A stretch of DNA of 64,000 nucleotides from an uncultured delta proteobacterium. GTDB taxonomy: Bacteria; Desulfobacterota; Desulfobaccia; Desulfobaccales; 0-14-0-80-60-11. The stretch covers positions 1,120,001-1,184,000 of the forward strand of contig CAWETI010000003.1 of NCBI GenBank assembly GCA_963812015.1, written 5' to 3'. The notes under the pieces were generated by a model. That model was not told the origin of the DNA, made no database searches, and saw nothing but the letters and a program-made list of their open reading frames with translations. The stretch's first letter is position 1. Every line of letters begins with the position of its first letter. Made by a program: the position numbers and the translations under genes. Shown in pieces: positions 1 to 9,157 of this stretch.

Positions 1-314
1 GAGTCCTTCATGATGCGGAGGGCGTCCACCGGGGTCCGGCCCCCGCCCAGGCCGTCGGCGGTGTCGGCCAGGCCGTCCAGGTGCAGCCCGCCATTGATCC
101 ACACCGTAAACGTCAGGAGCAGGGCCGCGGCCGCGGGCGCCGGGAGGATTTTTTGTAAGCCCGCCCAGGCCCCCCAGAAACCCAAGCCCAGCAAGGCCCC
201 GACCCAGGGAAACCAGAACAGGGAGCGGGCCAGGGCCGCCGAATCGGCGGGACCCCGCCAGGGCCAGGGCAGCTTGGTGAGGAAGGTGAGGGCCAGGGGG
301 AGGGTGAAATTCAT
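1..314 (-). CDS. cobS: Adenosylcobinamide-GDP ribazoletransferase (cobalamin synthase), 5' part; runs off the window edge
   Basis: Manual translation from ATG at 314: MNFTLPLALTFLTKLPWP...FPWVG...GGLHLDGLADTADGLGG...IMKDS, the CobS signature; ATGA overlap with the cobT stop. Confidence 0.9.
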   Translation of the reverse strand, partial: MNFTLPLALTFLTKLPWPWRGPADSAALARSLFWFPWVGALLGLGFWGAWAGLQKILPAPAAAALLLTFTVWINGGLHLDGLADTADGLGGGRTPVDALRIMKD

Positions 315-1372
315 GCTTCCTGTTCGGCCACCCCGGCCTCGCCGAAGGTGGCCATCTCCCGGTAAATTCTGACCCCGGCTTCCAGCAGGGTGAGGCCCAG
401 AGCGGCGCCGGTGCCTTCCCCCAGGCGCATCTGGAGGTTTAACAGGGGCTTGAGGCCCAGGGAATCCAGCATCAGCTGATGACCGGGCTCCACGGAGCGG
501 TGGGCGGCGATGAGGTAATCGGTCACCGCGGGGGCCAGGGCCGCGGCCACCAGGGCCCCGGCGGTGGCGATGAAGCCGTCCAGCATCAGAGGCCGCCGGG
601 CCGCGGCGGTTCCCAGGATGAGGCCGGCGATGCCGGCAATCTCCAGGCCGCCCACCGCGGCCAGGGCCCCCACGGGGTCTTCGGGGCTGGGCTTATGCAT
701 GGCCAGGGCCCGGTTGATCACCGCCACCTTGTGGCGCCAGACGTCGTCCTCGATGCCAGTGCCCCGGCCGGTGACCGCGGCCACCGGCCGGCCGGTGAAG
801 ACTGAGGCCAGGGCCGCAGCGGGAGTGGTGTTGCCGATCCCCATGTCCCCGGCGGCCAGGGCGTCCACCCCCGTGGCGGTGGCCTGTTCCGCCAACTCCA
901 CCCCCACCAGGAGGGCCTTCAGGGCCTCATCTCGGGTCAGGGCCGGCTCCTGGGCCATATTGCGCGAGCCATAGGCCACCTTCCGGTCGATGAGTTCCGG
1001 GATGTGGCCGAAATCGTGGTTGACGCCGATATCCACCACCGCCACCCGGGCCCCGGCATGCCGGGCCAGGGCATTGATCCCGGCGCCCCCCCGGAGAAAG
1101 TTAAGGACCATCTGGTGGGTGACATCCTGGGGATAGGCGCTCACCCCTTCGGCCACGACCCCATGGTCCGCGGCGAAGACCACCACCCATTTCTTTTCCA
1201 GGACGGGCATCAACTCGCCGCGGATGCCCACATAGAGAGCCGCCAGTTCCTCCAGGCGGCCCAAACTGCCCCGGGGCTTGGTAAGGGAGTCCAGGCGCCC
1301 CCGGGCCTGTTCCAGCCAGGCAGGATTAACGGGTTCGATCTGGGAGATTATCTGGGATAATTCCGTCATCAT
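311..1372 (-). CDS. cobT: Nicotinate-nucleotide--dimethylbenzimidazole phosphoribosyltransferase
   Basis: LTKPRGSLGRLE, FAADHGV, GDMGIGNTT and MRLGEGTGA motifs; GAGGT RBS upstream of ATG 1372. Confidence 0.95.
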   Translation of the reverse strand: MMTELSQIISQIEPVNPAWLEQARGRLDSLTKPRGSLGRLEELAALYVGIRGELMPVLEKKWVVVFAADHGVVAEGVSAYPQDVTHQMVLNFLRGGAGINALARHAGARVAVVDIGVNHDFGHIPELIDRKVAYGSRNMAQEPALTRDEALKALLVGVELAEQATATGVDALAAGDMGIGNTTPAAALASVFTGRPVAAVTGRGTGIEDDVWRHKVAVINRALAMHKPSPEDPVGALAAVGGLEIAGIAGLILGTAAARRPLMLDGFIATAGALVAAALAPAVTDYLIAAHRSVEPGHQLMLDSLGLKPLLNLQMRLGEGTGAALGLTLLEAGVRIYREMATFGEAGVAEQEA

Positions 1373-1396
1373 AGCAACAGACCTCAATTCGTAAGA

Positions 1397-1424
1397 TAGC
1401 TATCAGCAGTCAGCGGTCAGCTTT
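1397..1424 (+). repeat. Four imperfect 7-bp tandem repeats (tagctat cagcagt cagcggt cagcttt)
   Basis: Read directly in the cobU-cobT intergenic region. Confidence 0.5.
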
Positions 1425-1588
1425 TAGAAAAAAAATCAGGATTGGCAAGACCAATCTATCCGGAGGGTGGGAGGGCCCACCCTGCCTTTATGCAAGTATG
1501 CCAGCCTAGCCGGGAGCGGCTAGCAGCCGGGCCGGACGCGTTGAGACGGTCCTGGCAAGGGATGGTTAATCATCCCCGGCCAGGGGGC

Positions 1589-2155
1589 TCAAGGCCGGGC
1601 CGGGGCCACAGGACCCGCCTTGACGAGCAGGGGCATTCCCGCCACCATCAGGACCACCAGGTCCGCCACCTGGGCCAGGCGCTGGTGCAGCCAGCCGGCC
1701 TGATCCCGAAACTCCCGGCCCATGGGATTGTCCGGCACAATCCCCCATCCCACTTCATTGCTGATGAGAACGGTGGGGGTGGCGGTCTTTGCCAAAGCCT
1801 CCACCAGGGATTCGCCGGCCGACTGGATGCTACCTGGGAGAGCGCCCTCCCGCAACAAGAGGTTGGTAACCCACATGGTGAGGCAGTCCACCAGGATGAC
1901 CCCATAGCCATGCTGGGCGCGGCTCAGGGCTGCCGCCAGTTCCACGGGGACCTCTTGGGTGGTCCAGTCCGAGCCCCGCTCGCGCTGGTGGGCTTCGATG
2001 CGGGCCTCCATTTCGGCATCCCGGGGTTCACAAGTGGCCACAAAGAGACGGGGCCCGGGGCAGTGGGCGGCCAGCCCCAGGCCGTAACGGCTCTTGCCGC
2101 TGCGAGCCCCTCCTAAAACCAGGGCCACCCGAAAAGCTGGCGGTGCGTTCTCCAT
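1589..2155 (-). CDS. cobU: Bifunctional adenosylcobinamide kinase / adenosylcobinamide-phosphate guanylyltransferase
   Basis: LGGARSGKS P-loop, RIEAHQRER, VDCLTMW, SNEVGWGIVP and FRDQAG motifs. Confidence 0.95.
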   Translation of the reverse strand: MENAPPAFRVALVLGGARSGKSRYGLGLAAHCPGPRLFVATCEPRDAEMEARIEAHQRERGSDWTTQEVPVELAAALSRAQHGYGVILVDCLTMWVTNLLLREGALPGSIQSAGESLVEALAKTATPTVLISNEVGWGIVPDNPMGREFRDQAGWLHQRLAQVADLVVLMVAGMPLLVKAGPVAPARP

Positions 2156-2210
2156 GGTGAAGCATTCCCGGCGCCCGAGTTATCAGCGCCCGGCTCTGGC
2201 AACCCCGGTA

Positions 2211-3116
2211 TCAGTAGGGGTTCGCCTTCATGAGCTGCAAAATTTCCTGTTGCAACTGCGGCACCCAGGCGTCAGTGAGGTAGTAGCGCGACACGTCCCG
2301 CTTCAGCGTATCCCAGGCCGTCTGGTCTTCCCGGGCATAGAGGTACAGGATGGTGCGCTTCACCAGTAGCTGCCCCAGATGGTCGGAGAAGGCCATGCCC
2401 TCAAAGCCCGGGGAAGAACCCGGTCTGAGAATGGCTTCGCATTTGCCATCCTGGGGGGTGGCCTCCTGGCAGATCTTCTGGTCCACCGCGGCCGCTTCCT
2501 TCATATACCCATCCTTAAAAGGGAGATTATCGACCGTGAGGGCGGTGGGGCTAAGATGGTAGTAAATCCGGGGCACGTTGGCCAGGAGGGAGTCGGCATG
2601 GCTGGCATGGAAATAGTCGAAACGGTTATCGTAACTCTCGAAGTAGAGCTGTCCCTGCCGGTAGGCGAATAACCCCGGAAAATCCCGGGGCCCGCCATTA
2701 TACCCCGCGGTCCGGCCCAGAAAACGCACCGGTTGGCCGGCCCCGGCCCGGGCCAGGAAGGCGAATTGACCGCAGCAATGGGCTCCTCCGGTGAACTCGG
2801 AGATGCCCCAAAAGGTGGCGGGACCTACATCCAGCCGGGCGCAGGCCATGAACCGGCCCCCCGCCAATTTCTCCAGGGTGGTGCCGTCAGCCCGGATACT
2901 CAGATCCTGCCGTATCCCCCCATCCACGGTGGCGAGATCGAGGCTGACGCCGCCGCCGGCATCTACAGTGGCGGTTGGCTTCCCTTCCAGGAGGTTCTCC
3001 AGGTTGATGACGGCCGCCAGGCGCGGCGCGGCGATTCCCTGGGACTGGACCGGTGTCACCGCCTGGGTCAGGAGCACCCAGGAAAGCAAGGCCACGGCAA
3101 GGGTTTGGCTCTTCAC
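2211..3116 (-). CDS. Hypothetical exported protein
   Basis: 301-aa ORF with N-terminal signal-peptide-like segment and a TGGAHCC motif; AAGG RBS. Confidence 0.65.
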   Translation of the reverse strand: MKSQTLAVALLSWVLLTQAVTPVQSQGIAAPRLAAVINLENLLEGKPTATVDAGGGVSLDLATVDGGIRQDLSIRADGTTLEKLAGGRFMACARLDVGPATFWGISEFTGGAHCCGQFAFLARAGAGQPVRFLGRTAGYNGGPRDFPGLFAYRQGQLYFESYDNRFDYFHASHADSLLANVPRIYYHLSPTALTVDNLPFKDGYMKEAAAVDQKICQEATPQDGKCEAILRPGSSPGFEGMAFSDHLGQLLVKRTILYLYAREDQTAWDTLKRDVSRYYLTDAWVPQLQQEILQLMKANPY

Positions 3117-3426
3117 GTCAATACCTTCTTGGATTTTGTGTCTAACCTAAAAATGTATCTTAATTGCATCGAACTGCCAAGTTACGGGGTCAAAATAATC
3201 GGGGGCGCCGCGGCCGAACCCGCCTGGGTCGGTAATAGCCCGGGAGTGATCGGCCCGGCCCCGGGGAGTGCCTTGACCGGAACCGGCAAATTTGGGATGA
3301 TAGCCGAAAGGGTCGTGACCGGCGCCAGGTTTTTTGAGAGAGGGGGCTAAGGGCTTTTTCGTTTTTTCGTAAGGGCTTCCCCCGGCCCGCCCGGCTCCAT
3401 ACTTTACTTATTCCGCAAAAGGAAGC

Positions 3427-3969
3427 ATGATGACTGAGACGCGACTGACCCGGGGGCATATCCAGGTGTACACCGGGGACGGCAAGGGGAAGACCACCTG
3501 CGCCCTGGGCCTGGCCCTGCGGGCCGTGGGGCAGGGGTTCCAGGTCTACATGGTGCAGTTCATGAAGGGCCGGGAGACCGGGGAGATAAGGGCGGCGGCG
3601 GACCGCCTGGCCCCGGACCTGACCCTGCGGCCTTTCGGCCAGCCGGGCCTGGTCAATCTGCGGGCCCCCGCCCCGGAAGACCTGGCCCTGGTCCGGGAGG
3701 CCTGGGAGCTGGCCCGGCAGGTCATCCTGGCCGGGAAGCACGACCTGGTGATCCTGGATGAAATCAACCTGGCCCTGACCTTCAACCTCCTGGACCAAGA
3801 GGAGGTGTTCCAGGTGTTGCGGGACCGGCCCCCGTGGGTGGAGGTGGTCCTGACGGGCCGCCAGGCGCCCCCGGCACTGGTGGAACTGGCGGACCTGGTC
3901 ACGGAAATGCGGCCCGTGAAACACTATTACCAGGCTGGGGTGCGGGCCCGGCGCGGCATCGAATGGTAG
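3427..3969 (+). CDS. cobO: Cob(I)yrinic acid a,c-diamide adenosyltransferase (CobO/BtuR)
   Basis: VYTGDGKGKTT, VQFMKG, ILDEIN, VLTGR, KHYYQAG..ARRGIEW motifs. Confidence 0.95.
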   Translation: MMTETRLTRGHIQVYTGDGKGKTTCALGLALRAVGQGFQVYMVQFMKGRETGEIRAAADRLAPDLTLRPFGQPGLVNLRAPAPEDLALVREAWELARQVILAGKHDLVILDEINLALTFNLLDQEEVFQVLRDRPPWVEVVLTGRQAPPALVELADLVTEMRPVKHYYQAGVRARRGIEW

Positions 3970-4048
3970 CGGGCTTTGAGCAAAGAGGGGCTATGAAGCC
4001 CCGGAGCGACCCCCTTCGGTCGCCAATTCCAAGGATGGAGGCATTAAG

Positions 4049-5296
4049 GTGGGAGCATTCAAGGCTCAACCGGAATCCCGGAACCGACTGTCCAGGTGGG
4101 CTCTCAACGCCGGGCTGATCGTTCTCAGTGTCATGGCGGTGATCGTTCTCCTGGAGACCGCCCTCCGCTTCACTCCCTATCGATGCCTGTTAACCCGGGA
4201 TCGCCATCTCCGCTATTATTACCAGTTCGACCCCGTGAAAGGCTTCGACATCAAGCCCAACGTCAAGGACATAACCCTGTCGGTGGACAATCGCATTGAA
4301 TATCGTATCTGGTCCAATGAACTGGGGTGCTTCGATGAGCCTTACCACGGAGAACAGGAATTTATCCTGCTTGCGGGCGACAGTTTTACGCACAGTTTTG
4401 CGCCCTTCCCGGAAAAGTGGGGGACGCAGATCGAAAAGTTGCTGCACTACCGGGTGCTGAAATGCGGGGTCAACGGGTACGGGACCTATCAGGAGCTGGA
4501 GAAGGCCAGAGAGATTATTAGCAAAATCAAGAAAAAACCCCAGTTGATCATCGTGGGTTATTTTTGGAATGACCTCAGCGACGATTACTCCTTCCCCGAT
4601 CTCACCGTGGTCGATGGATTTCTGGTGGAGTCCGCCAAATATAAGGACCCCAAGACTAATGAACTCCTAACGGAAAAATTGACCAAAAGATATACCCTGT
4701 GGGAGAAGCTGTTCAGTGGCGCCTACCCCTTAAGTTGGGGCGAAATGATCAGGTACTATCTGTCCCAGCATCTGATTATCATGAACCTGATCAATGACGC
4801 CACCGCCAGGATCTTCCCGGGGAAAAAAATCATCTACACCAACCCCAACAAGTTCCTGGCTTTCGAGGACGAGACCAAAAACGGCAAGATCTGGGAGCGG
4901 CACTTGCAGAATCTGTCGGCCTTCAAGGACCTGGCCACGGCCAATCAGGCCAATCTGCTGGTGGTGTTGATCCCCACCAACACCCAGGTCTATCCCTTCC
5001 TGGCGCCGCACCAGGGCCTTGATCTGGAAAGGCCCAACAAGATTTTGGGGCGGTTCCTGAAAGCCCAGGGCATCGATTATCTCGATTTGCTCCCCCTCAT
5101 GCGAAGCTATGCCGATCAAACCCCCTGCCCGTCCCTGGACCCGGACAAGGACCTGTACTGGCGGCACAATTCACACTGGAGCATCAGGGGCGAGCATCTG
5201 GTGGGTCTCTTGGTGTCCCGGTATATTCTCACGCACCGTCTGGTGCAGGCGCCGGACGGGGACGCCAGGCTCAAGGCGATTGAGGAAAAATTATAG
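4049..5296 (+). CDS. Membrane-anchored SGNH/GDSL-like hydrolase or acetyltransferase
   Basis: N-terminal TM helix, GDSFT block I, GVNGYG, WND and HWS motifs. Confidence 0.75.
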   Translation: MGAFKAQPESRNRLSRWALNAGLIVLSVMAVIVLLETALRFTPYRCLLTRDRHLRYYYQFDPVKGFDIKPNVKDITLSVDNRIEYRIWSNELGCFDEPYHGEQEFILLAGDSFTHSFAPFPEKWGTQIEKLLHYRVLKCGVNGYGTYQELEKAREIISKIKKKPQLIIVGYFWNDLSDDYSFPDLTVVDGFLVESAKYKDPKTNELLTEKLTKRYTLWEKLFSGAYPLSWGEMIRYYLSQHLIIMNLINDATARIFPGKKIIYTNPNKFLAFEDETKNGKIWERHLQNLSAFKDLATANQANLLVVLIPTNTQVYPFLAPHQGLDLERPNKILGRFLKAQGIDYLDLLPLMRSYADQTPCPSLDPDKDLYWRHNSHWSIRGEHLVGLLVSRYILTHRLVQAPDGDARLKAIEEKL

Positions 5297-5392
5297 GACT
5301 GGCCTTAAGGGCGCGCTGAGGGCAGGGGAGGGGCCGGCGGCCCGGTTCCCCCCTCCCAGAGGCATGATGGTGGTCGGGGCGCCCCTGACGAA

Positions 5393-6406
5393 TTACTTCC
5401 AGACCCCGTCGATCTCGGCCTGGCACTTGGGACAGCGGCCGTCTTTGAGGTTGTAGCGCCGGATGGTATAAGCCTGGCGGTCGATGAGCAGTTCCTGGCA
5501 GGCATAGCAGTAGGTGTTCTCCCCGCCTTCCCCCGGGATATTGCCGACGTAGACATAGCGGAGTCCCGCCTTAAGGCCGATCTCCCGGGCCCGGCGCAGG
5601 GTGGTCGCCGGGGTGGCCGGCCGGTCCATCATCTTGAAGGTGGGGTGAAACGCGGTTACGTGCCAGGGGATGGTGGGGCTTACGCCTTTGATGAAGTTGG
5701 CGATCTCGGTGAGCTCGGCGTCGGAGTCGTTGTGCCCCGGGATGACCAGGGTGGTGACCTCCACCCAGACTCCCTTCTGCTTCAGCCGGATGATGGTGTC
5801 CAGCACCGGCTGCAGCCGGGCCTTGCACACCTTGCGGTAGAAATCGTCCTTGAAGCTTTTCAAATCCACGTTGTCGGCGTCAATGAACTCCGCCAGGGCG
5901 TCTGCCGACGCCTCGGTCATAAAGCCGTTGGACACAAAGACGTTGCGCAGGTTGTGTTCCCGGGCCAGGCGGGCCACGTCCTGGGCGTACTCGAAGAAGA
6001 TGGTGGGTTCGGTGTAGGTGTAGGAGATGCTGGCCGAATGAGACCCCAGGGCATAGGCCACAATGGCCTCCGGGTCGCGTTCGTCTCCCAGGATCTTGCC
6101 CCCGTGGACCCGGGGATACTGGGAGATGTCATAGTTCTGGCAGTGGAGGCACATGAAGTTGCAGCCCGTGGTGGCGATGGAGTAGGACCGGGTGCCCGGC
6201 AGGAAGTGAAACAGGGGCTTTTTCTCAATGGGGTCGATATGCTCGGCAACGACTTTAGCGTAGTTGAGGCTGTAGAGGGTGCCATCCTGGTTTTCCCGGA
6301 CGTAGCAGAGGCCCCGTTTGCCCGGATCGATCTTGCATTCGTGGGCGCATAAAAAGCACTGGACCTTCTGGTCCTCGGCGCTCTCCCAAAACCTGGCCTG
6401 GTACAT
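5393..6406 (-). CDS. amrS: AmmeMemoRadiSam system radical SAM enzyme
   Basis: N-terminal CxxC..C..C, DPIEKKPLFHF, GCNFMCLHCQN, YTYTEP, C-terminal CxxC...CPxC. Confidence 0.9.
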   Translation of the reverse strand: MYQARFWESAEDQKVQCFLCAHECKIDPGKRGLCYVRENQDGTLYSLNYAKVVAEHIDPIEKKPLFHFLPGTRSYSIATTGCNFMCLHCQNYDISQYPRVHGGKILGDERDPEAIVAYALGSHSASISYTYTEPTIFFEYAQDVARLAREHNLRNVFVSNGFMTEASADALAEFIDADNVDLKSFKDDFYRKVCKARLQPVLDTIIRLKQKGVWVEVTTLVIPGHNDSDAELTEIANFIKGVSPTIPWHVTAFHPTFKMMDRPATPATTLRRAREIGLKAGLRYVYVGNIPGEGGENTYCYACQELLIDRQAYTIRRYNLKDGRCPKCQAEIDGVWK

Positions 6407-6593
6407 AACTTCTCCTTAATCCATTATTAATATTAAATATATCCTAATGGGGGCCAATGTAAAGGCGTAAGGCCGCGTCCCGGCCGTGGGGGAAAATGGG
6501 GGGGGCGGGCCGAAAGACTTTTGCGGATTTGCCCCGGCCGTGGTTACCGCGCTCTTGCCAGGAGTCGATTCGTGTGTTAAAAACTAGGTTCAT

Positions 6594-6670
6594 GGTGGGC
6601 GTAGCTCAGTTGGCAGAGCACCGGGTTGTGGCCCCGGCGGTCGCGGGTTCAAGTCCCGTCGTTCACCCCA
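6594..6670 (+). tRNA. tRNA-His (GUG), with G-1 and encoded CCA
   Basis: Acceptor stem GTGGGCG/CGTTCAC, D arm GCTCAGTTGGCAGAGC, anticodon arm CCGGG-TTGTGGC-CCCGG, T loop GTTCAAGTC, C73 and CCA. Confidence 0.97.
6621..6670 (+). repeat. attL core (3' 50 bp of tRNA-His)
   Basis: ccgggttgtggccccggcggtcgcgggttcaagtcccgtcgttcacccca, identical to 17613-17662. Confidence 0.95.
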
Positions 6671-6679
6671 ACAAATTCA

Positions 6680-6717
6680 AGGGGTTAGCTGATATTGGCT
6701 AACCCCTCATTATTTTT
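6680..6717 (+). terminator. Hairpin downstream of tRNA-His (likely intrinsic terminator)
   Basis: aggggttagc-tgatattg-gctaacccct followed by a T-rich run. Confidence 0.6.
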
Positions 6718-6737
6718 CCCCAACACTATCCCCAACA
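6718..6737 (+). promoter_or_regulatory. Putative integrase arm-type binding site (CCCCAACA dimer)
   Basis: ccccaacactatccccaaca; 19/20 identical to 17478-17497 at the other end of the element. Confidence 0.6.
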
Positions 6738-7039
6738 CCAAAGCCTAAAATCATCGAAAATCAGGGTTTAGGAGAGGTCCGCCAAGGGGGGAGTCGTCTG
6801 TCGAATCGAAGGTGATGTCGAAAGTGATATGCCGCCCCTCATCCCCAGCCACTCCGCCACGGCCAGCCCTGCCACGGTGGAGCCGCCGCTGGGCAAGGTC
6901 ACGGCCTGGCCGAAGCCCAACCTGAGGCTCTGAGAGCGCCGTCCTTAGGCGATTGGGCGCATCCTGGTGTTCTTTACCTTGGTCGCGCCCCGGCCCCTTC
7001 GGTCCCAAAGAGGGGTACTCTCAGCCCCAGCCCGAAATC

Positions 7040-7200
7040 GGAAACCCCCCGATGGGACTCCTACCCCCCCTGCCAAGTATGCACGATCCGGACCCGACCT
7101 CCATATTTTCGTCCATACCGTTTTTGTCCCCCGGAAAAATCCCTGCTCGAAACACCCCCCCCGGCCTCGATATTCCCAAAAAATTTTAAGCAAAAATCCG
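7040..7200 (+). repeat. Diverged ~150-bp non-coding direct repeat, copy 1
   Basis: Homologous to 8244-8390; 7078-7120 vs 8282-8324 match at 31/43 positions ungapped. Confidence 0.7.
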
Positions 7201-7468
7201 AGTGTGACGGGGCCTTCAAAGCTGATTCGGGGCTTCTTAGGGACTCCCCTTACCCCTTGCCCCCAACCCCTGATCGTGGCTTCCTGGCCCCCAGGATGAC
7301 TCTCAGCCCCGTGTCATTCACCCTCGTTCCATGAAGCGGGAGAGCCCTTTTGGGCTTTCCAAGAACCTTGGGAACTTCTCGCGCCGTTTTAAGACCATTT
7401 TAGTTTCTTGAAGCCCGGCCAAGACTGGAAACAGGAGATCGTGGCGGAACTTGCCTCAACTGGCTAAA

Positions 7469-7508
7469 ATAAAACCCCCGTCCCTTACTCTTGGGAACGG
7501 GGTTTTAT
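7469..7508. terminator. Bidirectional terminator-like hairpin
   Basis: ataaaacccccgtccc...gggaacggggttttat. Confidence 0.5.
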
Positions 7509-7578
7509 ATATTTTCTTATAAATTAATTTGTGCTATCCTGGTTTCCACGGAAAACTTAATCAAACAAGGAGGCTACC

Positions 7579-8013
7579 ATGTATAGGAAAGTATTTTTTT
7601 TCAGCACTCTTTCATTGTTAATAATTATAGCCTGTATATCTTTTGGTTGCAGTTCTAAGGATCCAGCAAAAGAAATTATCGGTACATGGGTAGTTGTAAA
7701 GGAACAGCCGGGAGCAGTCAATACTAAAGCACTTCTTCCTGGACAATCTGTTCCGAAAAGTGAAGAAGATTTATTCAAGGGTGTTAGTATAGAGTTTTTT
7801 AGTGATAAAACTTACATCGCTAAAGGATCACTCTGGCAAGGTTTTGTTACTAATGGACAATGGACAATTTTAGATGATGGACGCATTAAACTACAAGATA
7901 TGGGTCATGATCCGTTTGTCGTAATAATAAAAGAAAATCAAATGATATTTGATATATCTATTGGTATATACTCAAGTTACAAAATTGTTCTTGAAAAGAA
8001 ACCCGCAAGATAG
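7579..8013 (+). CDS. Hypothetical lipoprotein (lipocalin-like beta fold possible)
   Basis: AAGGAGG RBS, hydrophobic leader ending SFGC, IIGTW motif; low GC. Confidence 0.75.
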   Translation: MYRKVFFFSTLSLLIIIACISFGCSSKDPAKEIIGTWVVVKEQPGAVNTKALLPGQSVPKSEEDLFKGVSIEFFSDKTYIAKGSLWQGFVTNGQWTILDDGRIKLQDMGHDPFVVIIKENQMIFDISIGIYSSYKIVLEKKPAR

Positions 8014-8243
8014 AAATAAATATTCTGTGGAGAGTTTATGAACTACCGTAATGGCTGGCAAGGAATCATTTAACCGGACCCGCCAGGGAACAGGCCAGAC
8101 AAAGGGTCTATACATTGAATCTCCCAACACCGCTGGCGCACCCGGCATCTGCCCCAGCCCGTGGAGCCCCCCCGGCCCTGCTCCTGCAACCCGGCTTGGT
8201 GACTGTCCTACTGTGATCCCTGCCCAGGGTTAAAGGCAAAAAG

Positions 8244-8390
8244 GGAAACCCCGGGGGTGGGTCCCATACCCCCCCTCCCTTTATGCTCCGTCCGGACACC
8301 AACTCAAATTTTTCGTTTATATCGCTTTCCCCGGATGGGATTGCCCCCCTATGAACCCCGGTCCCAAAAATTTTCAAACCAAAAATTCAG
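8244..8390 (+). repeat. Diverged ~150-bp non-coding direct repeat, copy 2
   Basis: Homologous to 7040-7200 (ggaaacccc..tggg..taccccccct..tatgc..tccggac..ttttcgt..cccaaaaatttt..caaaaat). Confidence 0.7.
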
Positions 8391-8411
8391 CCGGGCGACA
8401 CTTATTTAGAG

Positions 8412-9044
8412 CTATTGTTCCCAATGCCATTTTGTTATTTTTAGAGAAATGTCTTTTAGGCTGCGAAAGATGTTTATTAGCGCTTGATACAATAACTCAA
8501 AGTTTATATCTGGGACAGGTTTGCCATCAAATATTGTTTCGTCAAAGGTGAGGTTTGGTGTTGAAATATCATGGACCAACTCGCTTCTAACTCTTTCATA
8601 GGATATTACTGCCATTGTTCCTCTGAATAGATTATCATTAAGCCAGTCTAACTGTTTTTTATTTATTACAGGTGATAGTTTTTCAATGACAATCTCTTGC
8701 CTAATTAATTCATTTCCAAAGGCGTCAATTATTTGTTCAATATGTATAAAAGTCCCTTTGAAAAGTTTTTTGTTCAATAAAACATTTTTTAGCTGTTTTT
8801 TGTGGACAAGAGTGAATAGTTTATTACCGCTATGTTCCTCAAGTATCCGATAATAATTTTTCGCCTTCCTATCTGAATCATGGTATTGCCGATTTCCAAG
8901 CGCTTCAATATAACAGCAACACAACATTAGTGCTTCGTCCTCATGCCCTCCGTTATAGAGCTCTTTGAGAAAGGCTATTCGTTGTTCCAAGTCATCAAAG
9001 TAGGCCTGAAGCATAAAGACCTTATCTGTATCATTATCGGTCAA
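8412..9044 (-). CDS. Hypothetical protein, putative HEPN-domain nuclease
   Basis: Predicted helical 210 aa; LMLCCCYIEAL helix and an Rx4H motif (RSELVH); very low GC; directly downstream of the R-M gene. Confidence 0.6.
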   Translation of the reverse strand: MTDNDTDKVFMLQAYFDDLEQRIAFLKELYNGGHEDEALMLCCCYIEALGNRQYHDSDRKAKNYYRILEEHSGNKLFTLVHKKQLKNVLLNKKLFKGTFIHIEQIIDAFGNELIRQEIVIEKLSPVINKKQLDWLNDNLFRGTMAVISYERVRSELVHDISTPNLTFDETIFDGKPVPDINFELLYQALINIFRSLKDISLKITKWHWEQ

Positions 9045-9157
9045 AACCTGTTCCTTTTTCTATATTGTCACCTAACGAAAATTATCAGGCGCCGGGGCAT
9101 ATCAGCAGGATTAAAACTGCTCGATGACCCTCTTAAAGTGGTTAGCGACGCTGGCGT

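Noticed and set aside
3120..3426. Cobalamin riboswitch in the divergent region of the cob cluster
   Set aside because: No B12-box or conserved GGGAA...GCCACTG core could be identified.
6751..7299. Short overlapping ORFs at the left end of the element
   Set aside because: No RBS or motif support; the region is better explained as non-coding repeat or cis-acting sequence.
9066..9078. Integron cassette core site (GTTAGGT on the minus strand) just upstream of the HEPN-like gene
   Set aside because: No convincing matching RYYYAAC/attC hairpin downstream and no integron integrase; a 7-mer can occur by chance.
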